Below, piece by piece: positions 49,713 through 62,548 of a stretch of 64,000 bases of DNA. Location: NCBI GenBank assembly GCA_036172245.1, contig JAYWIR010000048.1:186001-250000 (forward strand), given 5' to 3'. The number at the start of each line of letters is the position of its first letter. Position 1 is the first letter of the stretch. Origin of the DNA: Raillietiella orientalis. Its lineage: Eukaryota. The position numbers and the translations under genes are program-made. The notes beneath the pieces are model-generated. The model was not told where the DNA came from. It saw only the letters and a program-made list of their open reading frames with translations, and searched no databases.

Positions 49713-52629
49713 ACGGCTCACGTTGCCGCCCCTCTTCCTACGGTAGGTATCGAATTGTGCTCCCCTCAGCTGGAGGGGTAAAGGACGAAGATGCTCAGGG
49801 AAGTTTCATTGCGTGTGCAAAGCGAAAGAGATTCCTTCACACTCACATCTGACGAAGAGTCGAAATTCCAGTGGTGACGCTTCTCGTGGTGTCCTGCAAT
49901 GATGCTCGCACAAACGAGGAATTGCGATTCGATGTTTGCGATATTCGGCAGGAATTTGCAAAAATAAAACGAGAGATTCGTTAGTCCTGCTAATGGAAAA
50001 AAAAGTCTTTCCAAACAAATCCGTTCTCGAATCGAATTCTCTCCGGATCTCAAGGAACGAAACGACATCCTCCCTTGGCTATTGGTTTCCTCGCAGGCTT
50101 TTCAGTTTCTCGGTCCATACGCCTACTCTGCAGTTGGCAAGCGCGTTCCATCGATTTCTGGAGCAGACTTTCCTAAAGAGGTCTTGTTAGACCGACCGGG
50201 TCGCGATCCGAGTTGTCCATGGATACGTGGAACCGTTTCGCAGGCAGACTTTGCTGATTTTCACTTTGATTTCTCCCGTGGGACTTTGGGAGCGAAAATC
50301 CATCTTTTCCTCCCTCCGAATTCGAGATGCGAGCTTCCTTTCTTGTGCGCATCTCCCGATGGTGCAAAATCCGTGGTACAGCAATGAGATGCACCAAGTG
50401 CCTGAATCGCTCGTTGCTATGCTGCGTTCAGGGACCACGCAGCGCGAAGACACGCACCAAGAGATTCTATTCATCTGTGAATGCTGATCACGGAGTGCCG
50501 ATCTATCTTTCCTCACCCTGATTCTTCTCCTCAGTTTTCCGTTGCTACCTGGTCCTAACCGTCCGAGTCCTTTTTTCAAACATGGACTCCGTTGGGGACG
50601 AAAATCCGAATTCCGTCCAAGCGAATGCTCCCTTTCTTCATTTCCTTCTTCCTCCAATCACGTGAACCTGACTGAGAACCTGATTGCCTTCCATCGACCT
50701 GTGCCCTGATGTGGATCCATTGATTCTCCAACATTCTTCAGACCACCATCTTTCCCCGTGCAGTTCATTTTCTGCTTCCTTTCACCGCGTGCGGATTCCA
50801 TCTCTCGTTGTTCATACTGTACGGCACTCGTCCTGTACGCTTTCCTCAAATAGACAGTCGACGGTCTTTCTTGGTAACGACATCCACTTGTTTCCTTTTG
50901 CATGTCTCCAGCTTTTCGCTGCACCACCATGCAGCAGAATCTTAGTTAACGAACAAGCAGTGCAGTCACAACAGCAAAAATAACCGCAAAAACAACACTT
51001 ACGCTTCGTCTTCCCAATAATCTGCAGCTTGCCCGTCTGATTAAATTTATTCCTGTCAACAAGCTGGAAGTGCATAGATGTGCAGCAAGCCGTGTTTTTT
51101 ATTTCTTCTCTCTCGCGTCACGTGGTTCTCACAGGACACAGTCTCCCCAGCATGCTCGCGTCTCCCATTCGGCTCTTACACTCACGTGCATTTCTCCCAG
51201 CGGAGCTTCCGAAAGAGAACATCTCTTCAAGATGAGGAATTCAGTCCTCGACGAATCTCTGGTCTCTGAATTCATTGTCCGGTCGCTCTTGAGGAAACAT
51301 CCGTTGTCGGTACTCTTTCGTAATCTCAACAACCCTCAAGTGGATCTCGTAATCTCTGGACGGATCCCGACTTCTAGTCGCAAGGCGTTTCTCCCAACTG
51401 TGAGCTCTGAAGGAAACGAATGCTTCCCGGTCCGTCCCCTCCATCGCAGGAAGGCTTCCTAGAGAGCGTCTCCGCACCTCACCTCCGTATCTCCCGGGGA
51501 AGGGTGCGCAGCGTTCAGGCATCTCCAAGAGACAGCATTAGTTTGAATACGAATGAAACCAACACAGGACCACCGAACTGGCCCAGGTCTTGTTGTCTCG
51601 GACACAGTCAGTGTCGCTCTGAAACTTCACGTCCGCTGCTCCAATTTCAAACGTGCGCTCAGTCCATTGCCAGTCGTGGGAATTCGAGCTCAAGGTGTTT
51701 CGGAAAAAAGCAAATGAGACGCACGAAGAGCGGAGCATTGCCTTCCAGTTTTGGAAGGTGTTGCCTCCGCACTGGCCCACAGCCAGCCAGGGTCCAAGTT
51801 TTCAGCGAAGGTGCGAAGGCCAACACAGCAACGGTGTTGCTCCTGCTCGGAATCCTTGTGTTGCGACAGGCAAACAGGAATCGGCGAAGTCCCCATGAAG
51901 GGCAACTCTCTTCTCCAGAATTGGAGAATCGTGTCGAGTGGAATGTGGAAAGAGACTGCTGCAATCCAGCATCCGGCACCCATGTCGGACAGCATGTCGC
52001 CCAACTGGCCATGGACGCCAGATAAACACACAGTTCCCTTCGCAGCGGTAAGTTTTTTGCCGTGTGCGTTGACGGATAGGAGGCATACCCCGCAGATCCA
52101 TCGACGCTTCAGCAGCTCAGGGCTGCGTTTGGTTACAAATAGGGAAATTTCCCATTCGTTGCTGAATGTCTCGATGACAGAAAATGAAGCCTTGAAAATG
52201 TGCTTTTGGAAGCAGAGCAATGGAGCGAACAGTTGGGGGATATTTTTCTTTGTCAAGTATATGGAGGAGACTGTTTAATAAAATATGAAAGAATAAAAAG
52301 TGCCAACTCGTTTTTCTGTCGTTGATCGCGACATGAATCCTCGAAATCAGTTCGGGAGGGTTGCTTGCGACTTCTCGTCAGCTTCCGTGAGTTTCTACAG
52401 CCTTCTTGCCAAGGGCTCCTTTTGCTTTTAGTTTCCCGAGGTTTCTTTTATCAAATTATACCTTTGTGTAGGATCTGCACGATTGTGGGACAGCTTTCGA
52501 TGCCCTCAACCAAATGGCAAATTCCCCGCCACAAAAACAAGGATGCTCATTTCCGGATGCAACTCTGCCATTTGTCCCACGATCAAAAAATCCTGAGTAA
52601 ACAGCAAGCAGCGACGCACTCTACACCAA

Positions 52630-53960
52630 CTTGCCTTTCGTGGAGCGCCAGCTGCCTCCAGAAGGAAGAATTGGCGATGGGTCCGTTCCATGATGACAAG
52701 TTACTATTGCGAGAACGGGCTGAGGTGTGCAACACGTGCGTGGCACCTGTTCTGTCCCCGGCTTTTTGTTTTCCCCTCAACGAGAAGTGAAAACAGGCGG
52801 ACGAAGGCACCTTCTGAGAATCGCCCTGTGGTGCTAAGGGAGGCTCAGTGTCCGCCTGAAGGACTTGTGCGTTCCGCGTCGCCAAGGGGACCTCGGCCTC
52901 CCGACGCTGGAGCGCCTGCAGCGGTCATTTTCCCTAGTGACGAAGCTGTGGAGCACGAACTGGTGCGAGCCGCACCATACCTTGCCAAGCGAGCCACAGT
53001 CACCGTTCCACTTGTCCACGCATTGACGTCGCTCCTGGCACAGCGGCGCTGAAGAAACGTGTCCTGACTCGAGCTCCGGCGAGTGACCACGCTGACCAGG
53101 ATCAGCATCTGGATTTAGTGGTGGCTAACGAACGGTAGTGACTGGTTGCAGGAGACCTTTCGAACATGGGCAAAGTACAACAAAGCGAGCCTTGGGATGT
53201 GGCATTCACTGCTGTACTCCTCCCACAACAACCATTCGCTGCAGCATATGCGGCCTACCACGGGTTCGTGGGCTCAAATAACCTTCCTAAACACGAAGCT
53301 ACCATTCCCCCGGGAGTTCCTTGGCAGTGACCAGCTGGGCAAATGGGAGGTCAGTTGCGAAATCGGTCTTCGGACGATGGAATTAGGTGTTTGGACCACG
53401 GGCCAGCTCACGGACGCTGCGACCATAAGTGCTTCACAGAAAGGATTATTGCTCTGGGATAAAGTGCTGGGAATCCCACAGGAAGACCTCTAGTGGCCCT
53501 CAGCGTTAAAGAACAACCGGACGATCCCTTTGAAGTAGAAGGAGTCGGCAGTTCTGCTGTTGCACTACGGTCTCCCAAGCAACGCCCACCGCTCCCACCA
53601 AACCCGAAACGCTGTGGATCCCAACTGTTGCAGGTGCGGGGAATGGGAATCCCTCCAGCACCTGCTGGTAGACTGTGCTGCCCTCCGACCCCTGCGGTTG
53701 ATTTGCTCAAAGACCCTTTCTGCACCAACGGACAATCCCAGGGATGAAGAGGACGTCCTCAAGAGGACAGTGATCCTTTGCCTAATCCTCTCAAGTTGTA
53801 TACAGCTTTCTGTTTTTAATTTTGTCTGCCACTTTTTCCTCCGCTGCCGAGGCGAAACTCGCCCATCTGCGTACCGGTTACTCTGCAGGTTTCAAACTTT
53901 TTCGGATGTTGTAGGGCCGATGGCTCTACATCTCTATTGCTATAATAAACCCTACCGGGT
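52630..53960 (+). mobile_element. Degenerate Tx1-like LINE, post-RT ORF2 and 3' end
   Basis: LLLRERAEVCNTCVAP, WEVSCEI, KGLLLWDKVLGIP, VDPNCCRCGEWESLQHLLVDC. AATAAAccctaccgggt at about 53944. Confidence 0.75.
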
Positions 53961-54944
53961 GTTAGCCCACGAACACTTCAGTGTCAGAGCCTCATGATCT
54001 TGAATGCAAATAGGTGTGCTGCTGACAGTTGTGCTCTCGGAGAATTTTTGTACCGTCACTGTTTGAAGATGTGTTCAGATGTGCGCTAAACATAGGAAAC
54101 TTTCCCACACAGTAACCACCGGAATAACGTCGATTTCATTGGAGTTGTTTTGCTGAAAATACGAAATTCTCTCTCCGATCATGCAGTTGGGAGACTGAAG
54201 TAACAAAATCGCTCTCCATTATTTACATTACTGCATCCACTGTTTCAGTTGATGGTGTGCTGTGGCTTCCGCAATTGACGCTTTCCGCAATCCATGCGCT
54301 GTTTGCGTATCCTTCAGTCTCGGTGGAACGGACGGTGGTCGCAACTTTTTCATCCTCCTTCCTCCATTTGTATTTTTTCCGTTTTTGTGTTCTTTGAAAA
54401 TTCTTCCGAGACCGAAATCACTTGGGTGGCGTCGTGTGTCAATGCATGTCAGACAACCAGTCGACGTGGTTTCGCCACCTGCCTGGTTGTACCTTGCCCT
54501 TCTGGCGCGGCTCCGTCAACCCTCCAATGTTCCATTTCCCCTCGATTCTGTGGAGGGTGCATCCCCTACGGCCGTCAACGCCGGTCAAAGCAACCAACAA
54601 GGACGCGAATTCCCTACGAATGGCCCAATTTTCGCCCTTTGAGTAGAATGTCTCGTGCCTCTCCTTGCGATGTTTGTGTGCGTGGGTCCCTTCTGATTTT
54701 CCCGATCAGAATTCGGGCGGATGACAGTTCCAACTGTCCGTCGGGCAGAGTTTCTGCATCCACGAATTCATCGCAGATTTCGGCGGAGACGATAAGAGTT
54801 CCGATTTTAGGAATCTTATCATAGCTGAAAACCAGTCTGATGAATAACGTTTTTCCCTAAATTTCAAAACTCTTGTTGCTTTAATTTTCATCCACTTTTT
54901 TTGCTTGTCACGAATTTACAGGTACTTTTGATAGTGGGAACAAA

Positions 54945-55131
54945 ATGGTGAACCTTCAGGCAATTTATCCTCTTCTGATTGTGTTTGTTTCTATCGTTTC
55001 GGAATCTTCATGCTATCACAGAGGTAACCGTCGCACTTTCATCGGTGATCCAAAGACAGCTTCGGAGGATGACCGATCTAACGAAATCAGAGAACATGAA
55101 GCACAGTACAATCGTAAACTACTATTTCCAG
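54945..55131 (+). CDS. Isolated first coding exon of a secreted protein (unidentified)
   Basis: Upstream tttacag acceptor, signal peptide MVNLQAIYPLLIVFVSIVSESSC, ends LLFP-G|GTAACT donor. No downstream exon recognised. Confidence 0.4.
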
Positions 55132-55255
55132 GTAACTGTTAAGCTCCTTCCCTCGTTAAATCTTGCCAAGATGAAATAAAATTGCGAATTAACAACCACT
55201 ATGCCATGCAAGCGAGACCCCGATAAAGTTGTGTAACTTTCAGGTGTAACTTTCT

Positions 55256-55303
55256 GGAGATACTATCAGGATGCAGAGGTCTCTGCATCCTGATAGTATC
55301 TCC
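55256..55303. repeat. Perfect 23-bp-arm palindrome, 2-nt spacer
   Basis: ggagatactatcaggatgcagag-gt-ctctgcatcctgatagtatctcc. Confidence 0.95.
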
Positions 55304-57164
55304 TCCCTTCTTTAGACGCTCTGTCAGAATAGTTTCTATCTACCTCACGTTTGAGAAGAGCTGATGCCGCTGTGCCCATGGAAACCACTGCGAGGGGAGC
55401 TGGTAGCGTACTCGCCTCAGCGGCATTTCAGCATAGAAACAGTTTCGCTTCCGGTCTTCCCTGTCTTCCCGCAACACGGGCAGGGAGATCTGCGCTCGGT
55501 TGGTTTGCGTTGCTGCTTCAAGTCCAACGGGTTTCGCTCCTGTCATTTCCACCACTTCCTGATTGTGCGCCACAAGTCTTCTACTCGTATTCACGTATTC
55601 AGTGTTGGAAAGCGCGATGACCAAAGCCTGGAGGGAGTACGAAGAACCGGCTGATCTTTCGTTTGCTGTTCCTGAAACCGGTGCGAATCGGATTCTTCCA
55701 TCTCGGCGTGCTTCTTGTGCGATCAGTTTTCTGCCGCCGTTCACGCATCCTCCGGACCCCTTTTCTGCCGGACGGAACAGTCCGTCAAACATCACGAAAT
55801 GATGCTGCGAATGTTTTGCTCTTTTGCTCTTGTTGCAAGCGAGTCCATCAAGATGCATTCGGACTGGCTTTCTTTCGAGCGTGCCGCGTGGCTCTGGTCC
55901 TCGTGCGTAACCAGACATCAGGTCAATAACCATCCACGCACCACGGTTGCCATCTCGAAGCGTGCATCTCACACACACAGATTCGGGAGTTTTGTATTCA
56001 ATCCAGTCACACAGGGTCACGCATTTTTGTTGCTTCTCCTGTTTTTTCCTTCGGCGGCGAGCGCTGGACGGACTGGTGCGGATATCAGCAGTTGAGAATC
56101 GGCAAAGTTCCACGGTGAGGTTGTCTTCGGTATCGTTCCCTCCGACGGCGAAATCCGTTTTTCAAAACAGAATTCAGTAGGCGGAGAAAGGTCCACTCCC
56201 TCTTCGAACCCGACTTTACCCAGTGTCCGAAGAAGTTCTTCGCCGCACCCAAGCACAGGGAGTTGTTTCCAGGATACCCCTAGCTCTCTGTAGCAATGCC
56301 TTCCTTACGGCTGCGCTTTGGGTGGCTCGGGGGCATCGGATGCTCCAAATCCCAACGCAGCCCTTTCCGATCGAGTGCACGATCACAGAGCGTGACGCCA
56401 CGTCCCCCCGTGGGGAAAGAGGGAGAGCGCAAGGCATCCCGCGCGTCCGCGGGTTGTACCGTGGCTGCTGGAAACCGGACGAGCGGGTCGCTTCTCATCC
56501 CGAGTGCATCCGTCCATGCGGCGTCACGAACGTGGATCCTGGCCTTGTGGGCAGCTCTGCTCGGCCCCACGGAGAGACAGCCGGTGCGTCCCTGGAAAGA
56601 GCAGATATACCCCGGAAGACTTCCCCAGACAGCACAACAGCGGTCTGGGTCGGAGGGCGTGGCAGTCTTCGAGACTGGGGCAGACCGAAGCGGTCATCGC
56701 TTTTTCAGGGAGTCGCTCGCGGAGAAGGGGAAAATCAAGATCTCTTGAACGCGTGCGCAAGGCCAGGAACCTGCCAAGGGGATGGAGGAGAAGCAGCCTC
56801 ACCTTCCTCCAATGCACACACAAGCAAGCGGAAAAAGTTGCCTAGAAACGGTGCGGGGCTGACTTTCCGTCCCGGAGAGGGTGCTCGTCGTCTCGCCCGC
56901 AAACGTTCGCCGTCTGTGGCATCTCCGTAGGAGAGTCAAGAGAAAAGAATGAAAGGGGTGATGCACTGAAGCTGTCCACGGAAGAACCCGGAGTGTGGGC
57001 AACGTGCGAGAAGCCTCTCTGCTTTCCCGTTCACGAACGCATCACGTAAGAACAAGCAATCCTGGAACACAGGATTCTCATCGACGCGTTGGCCCGTGGT
57101 TCCAACTGCTCCTGCTAACGGCTTTTCTCCTCGGCATATCCCAGCCCCTTTTCTCTCTTTCCAG

Positions 57165-57478
57165 AGTGCGCCGTCACCGCCTGGAGCATTTTCAGTCCGT
57201 GCAACGTGCCGTGCGGCAAAGGGCAGCGCACGAGGCAGAGGAACTACGTGCTGCCCTTCATGGCGAAGATGAAGGGTTGCTACCTGCAGCTGGTGGAGGA
57301 GAAGATTTGCGAGAATCCCGTTTCTTGCGAGCAGGAAGACGCGGAAAAGTTAGGGGAGAGCAGAGTGCTGCCTCCCGCGAGCGTGCAGCCGATCGGTCCG
57401 CGTGACGTCTCCCGTCCCAAGGCATCGGGAGGAGATGAATCCCCTCTTTTCGTCACCGGGAGATCCGCACCGATGTAA
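57165..57478 (+). CDS. Orphan terminal exon encoding a spondin-type thrombospondin type-1 (TSP1) domain
   Basis: Strong acceptor ttttctctctttccag, then CAVTAWSIFSPCNVPCGKGQRTRQRNYVLPFMAKMKGCYLQLVEEKIC (C..W..FS.C...CG.G.R.R.R...C.......C), stop at 57476-57478. Confidence 0.72.
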
Positions 57479-59399
57479 CGGGAGGGCAGGAGCTTCCGAG
57501 GGACCGCCAACACCCCTCGAAGCCTGCAGTCTTCTTGATCTCGTTCCGCGGTCAGATGGACCAGAGAATGGAAGGAAGGGCAAGGGAAAGCGAAGCCACG
57601 CGCTCGCGCCTTCTCCCGTTCCGACTACCCTCCTCAGAAGAAGCCGCAGTGCCTCGTCCTGGGGTATGCGGGACCGAGCTCCGTACTCCTCGAGGGGATG
57701 CGCATGAGCTTCAGCAGGGCGCTCCCTCACTACCCGAATCGGCATGAGTTCCTGGAAAGGGCCCACATGAGGCAGGGAAGGACAACAGTCGGAGGCTCTT
57801 CGGTGGCAGCGGGGTCTGGTGCGCCCGAAACTAATGAAGGAAGCGCGAGAACAGACCCGTTATCCGTTACCATGGGAACGCGCCCTCGCAAGCCGCTCGG
57901 AATCCACGATCCCTTGTTCCGGAAACGGATGTCGCGGATGGGAATACGCAAGGAAAAGCGCTCTGTCGAGTCCTCCCGACGATGTCCTCAACGTGCGTCG
58001 CGAGAGGGAAGTTGTCCGGAATTTGCTAGTCCACGTTCTCCCCAGCATCCCAAACAAAAAAAAGGAAAGAAAATCCCTCCTCTCGCTCGGCAGATCCCAG
58101 CCTGTTGCTCTCCGAACGCCGCTCCGCCGAGCTCCCCTAATGGATTCTCTCCAGCTGGAAGAACCACATTGGAGAAGGCAAACAGGGAAGTACAGGTGCT
58201 GTTGCTGCTGCTTCTGCAGACTCGCGCGCGCCCAAGTTCCGTGCATCTGTCTCCCGCCCACACTGCCGCGTCGGAGCGCAACGATCAGGAAGCGATCGCG
58301 GAACACGTGACATCACCCCGAGCCTCTACCGCACCAGCGGTTGGGCCATGGGACGGAAGCTGCCGACACCCATCCGTAGGAGACGTTTGCCGCGAGCGTC
58401 TGCCGGCCACCAGCAACCTGCAAATCACAAGCGCGAGAGCATCCGGATGCGGTCTCGAGGAGTGACGCGTCTTCTGGTCCTTACCTTACCTCCCCCTACC
58501 CAAGGAAAGCAGCAAGCGTGAGGCAAGCTCTCACCTGAAGTCCTTCCCCGTTCCAGCCCATCCTTTGCACCCAGGAGGGATGCAGACAATGATGGTGTGG
58601 TTGCGCCATTGCGATCACCTGCTTCGGCTCCACCTGCTAGCAGCGGTTTCGCCGACCCCCAAGCGAACGAGGCTCAGAACGGGGCTCTTAAGGAACGGCC
58701 ATCGCTAACCGAGCTCGCCACTTCCGGGAATCGGGACGCGGCTGTCATCTGGAAGATGGGTCCGGGGAGAGGAAGAGCGTGTTCTTCGCTGCCCAGACGG
58801 GGCATGTGTGCTCCATTTCTTCGCAAACCCACTGCCCCGCAAACTTCTCCTCAACGGCGCTTACAGGCGATGCGGGGTCTCTGCGTCCGGGCTGACACCC
58901 GCCGTTTCTTGGGCTCGCGCTGCAAGGCACCCTCGCGAGAGTAGCCCGAGCGGAAACGACGCTTCGATCTTCGCAGCTGCACCTCCGCGCGAAGGGTTCG
59001 GAAAAAAGGCGGACAAAAAGTCGGCGCCGGGGACCCACTCGCAGCCCTTTTAAGGGAACTGCCCTCCCGCTCCTGACTCACTCGCTCTCTCTTCACCTCT
59101 CCTCCCTCCAGGAAGTCAGCGTACCCAAGAATTGTCAGATCACTCCGTGGAGCGAGTGGAGTCCCTGCTCCGCGACCTGCGGGAATGGCTTCCAAGTCCG
59201 CACAAGGATGTACTACGACAAGGAAGCGGCTGCAGATCACGGCTGTAACCTGGAGCTCACGCAGAAGAAGATGTGCGCGGGCGAAAGACCCACGTGCCGA
59301 CTGTCCGAGGAAGAGTCTCTAGGTAGGTTCCCTTGGCACACAAAGAAGCGAGGATGGCGGCGCCAGCGACGATTTTGAGAGGTTTTCCGCTGTCACGAG

Positions 59400-60150
59400 T
59401 GCGAGGATGGGAGCTGGTGACAGCGGAAAGTGGTCGAAAACAATGAGGACACGCATGCCCTCACCTCTCTTCGGCTCCATTTTGGAGCGACTGTCGCACG
59501 ATGGGTGGCGCGGACGACCCTTCGGCTTTCAAAGACGAGGGAGCTGCTGGCGGGCGAGCATACCCTCAGCTCCTATCGGGCGGGCAACTTCCCGTGCCGG
59601 CAATTCTCACGCCTGTGCCCCTGGAAGCGCCCTCGAGGGCACGTGGAGCAAAACACCAAAGATACAGGCTACCCCGCAGAGAGAGAACGAGGTGCCTCCC
59701 TTTCCCCTTTCCTCCGCATCGTCGTCTCCTCTCGCTACTTCCCTCGAAGTGTTTCCCAGGCGGCTCTTCCCTTAAGACGTGCGGAGTCAGGGATGCCACA
59801 AGTGCCGCCCTCCACCCGCCCATTTTAAGGGAAGTGCACCATCCCCAAACTGGTGGAAGGTGCCTTCTTCCAGAGCCACCGGGGTCTCCTCCAAATATGA
59901 AAGCACCGAGGCGACATGGTGGCCTGAACTATCTCTACGACCTCACCCTCCTCCCTTCTTGTGGTCTCTACCTTCTTGGAGGGAAGACGCGACTTCCCTC
60001 CAAGAGAGGAAGGGCAGACCGACCGGCCCTGGAGGAGTCTGCGGCTACTCTGATTCGCCTCCTTTGCTGGTCCTCAGGGCCTATCCTCTTCTTTCCACGC
60101 CACGACCGCGGCCTCTGCCTGCTCGAATCCCAAGGAAAGCAGCTTCCCAA
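59400..60150 (+). mobile_element. Highly degenerate LINE RT/post-RT fragment
   Basis: Across frames: PSPLFGSILERL, GADD and KAPRRHGGLNYLYDL, in RT order. Confidence 0.4.
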
Positions 60151-62548
60151 CGTGGGATCGGATCGAGGAGTGGAGATGGGGCAAGGGGATAGGAGAAATG
60201 GGATGGGGAAGAACCGGGCTACGCGCGTGTTGGCGAGGCGCCCGGTGCTGCTGCTGCTGCTGCTGCTCTCACCTCAGCCACTTATGCCTCTTTGCAGCCG
60301 TGGGAAGAACACGCCACGCACCGCCCCTGAACCACCGAGCCCTCCCGACGCGAGGAGACCCGAAAATCCCGCTGCTCGAGGCCGAGCTGGTGAGACAATT
60401 CTGCCCCGCTCACCTCCGGTACCCGGGCAGCAGCCACCACCTGCTGGTCCTCAGGGAGGGGCGCGAGGAAAACTTCATGCAGTTCTCCTTTTCCTCCCCT
60501 TCCTCCTCCCCTTCCTCCTCTCCGCTCTTCTCCGCCGCCGAGACTCCAGCCCAGCACGAAGGGGAGCACCTGGAGGATGAAGGTGTGCTTGGGGGTCACC
60601 ACTACCCGCTAATCCGCATCGCCACCTCACAAGGCAATCCGCGTCTTTCTTCATCTCCCATCCCCGCTTCTTTCCTCCTCCTCCTCCCTCATCCCGGTCA
60701 GGGATTGGGGAGGCAGGCGGGGAGGAAAATCCGTTCACCCCTAGACCACGCGCTCCCCCTCCTCCTCGGGAGACGACCCTTCCGAGTTGCTGGCGTTGCC
60801 ACCTCCGAGCTTCGTCGGTTCGCTTGCAAGTGATGGCAGTCAGTCTTCCTCCTCACACACTTGCTTCCTTGTCTAGGGAGTGGCTGGGGGCAGTGGAAAA
60901 CAACAGGATGGAGTAGGAAGAGTAGCACAGAGAAGATCTATCATCTTCCCACTTGTTCTTCCTTCCTACAACCGCCTTTATCCACCACCTTTCCTCTCAG
61001 CACTATGGCATGGCAGAGCTGACTGGGCAAACTACACCTTAGCTTTTGCCTCATCTGTTCCGTTCCAGACCCGTGCAGTGAGCCACTGCAGGTGGGACCC
61101 TGCAACCAAAAAATTCCAAGGTGGTACTTGAACCCCTACAGTCAACAGTGTGAGTGGCTCCTCTATAGTGGATGTGGTGGAAATGGCAACAACTTCCGTA
61201 GCTACTACGAATGCTGATTGTACTGTTTGGAGGTGAAATGACCTTTAGACTCAGCCCTTTATTTTCTTTTGAAAGAATAATATATTATCGGTGCCGGGCA
61301 ATTAACAGTTATCAACAGCTTTTCCTTTTTCTTCTGCACCCAATATGTCACAAAATACATGCCAAAAATTTCCAGCCAACATCTTCCCAAACCAATACGA
61401 GTGCGGAAAAACACGTTTCTTAACCAAAGAACTTACCATTCATTCTCTTCTTCAAGAGGATTTTCCAAGGACATTTTATTCCTAGAGACTGATATTTCGG
61501 CACTTGACCAAGAACCTTCTTATCAAAACACAATAATTTCTTATTACAATTCATGTGCATTGCCTTTAGTGCATTAAACAGGCAAGTATCATTTTTTGAG
61601 GGAAGATTAGCACTAGTAGCAGACACTTTTGTCACACTAGTGATGACAAGGAACAAATGCTTTTATCAATACATTCAAAACATTTCCGATCAACTCGCTT
61701 GCAAGCAATCCCAATATCATTAAGTTGTTGCCTCGCGTCGACTAAACCTCTTCATTTCCTTTCATCAGCATCAAAACCCATTTGCGATTACCTACAGGTA
61801 AATTGAATTGGAATAAGTTGGCTTGAATTACACCCGCAATAGCAGTTATGGGCGATATTTTGCATGCATCGCAGGTTTTCGACAGCAACCAAAAGCAACG
61901 AAAAGTTGGTTTGCTGCTCAGAAGATAATTTGAAATTTGGAAGTTGTTTTCCATTCTTATACCATACTGAATACCAAGTCCAACAAAAATCATACTACAC
62001 GTGAAACAAGGAATAGTATTTGTTATGACCTGAGGTCAAAGTAACAAACTGTCAGAGTCTCAAACTGCTGTGTCTTAATGGCAGGTGTTACTTTGGTGAA
62101 ACAGCAACGCAAAACACAACAAAAATTCAAAAACACTCTCGACTTCCGCTTGTCGGAAACCTCTCGACTGGACCCTGATAACAAAGTATCAATCAATTCG
62201 TTGGAAACAGATATCGGAGGAGCTAAGCTCTTTTGGCAAGAATTTGCCAGCTACTCAGTATGAGTACTCTCAAGACTAAAAGATCTTTTTTTAAAATTAA
62301 ATTTCATCATGTGATTTTTGTCTTTAGCTTTCCAGGAAAACTTCTTCAGATTCTTCAACATTCCTTTATGAGCACTGATTTCTTCCTTCGAAGATGAACC
62401 AGCATCTTCAGTAGGAACTTCCGCATTTTCGTTAAAGTCAATCTGTTTGGTTTGTCAATCTGTAAGATGAATCTTCTGCTCACGGTTTGGACTGTCCCCT
62501 TACTAAACCAGCATCGCAAGTACCCATGTACCTTCAGTCATTACATTT

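Noticed and set aside
51650..52300. Possible spliced gene end (48-nt GT-AG intron near 52049-52096, AATAAA near 52277 and 52292)
   Set aside because: Splice-like signals are present, but no frame gives a recognisable protein.
55340..56113. 257-aa minus-strand ORF as an RT remnant
   Set aside because: Only a vague resemblance to RT motifs; no catalytic DD motif identifiable.
59501..60580. 359-aa Pro/Arg-rich ORF as a host gene
   Set aside because: Low-complexity GC-rich frame running across degenerate LINE sequence and a (CTG)n microsatellite.
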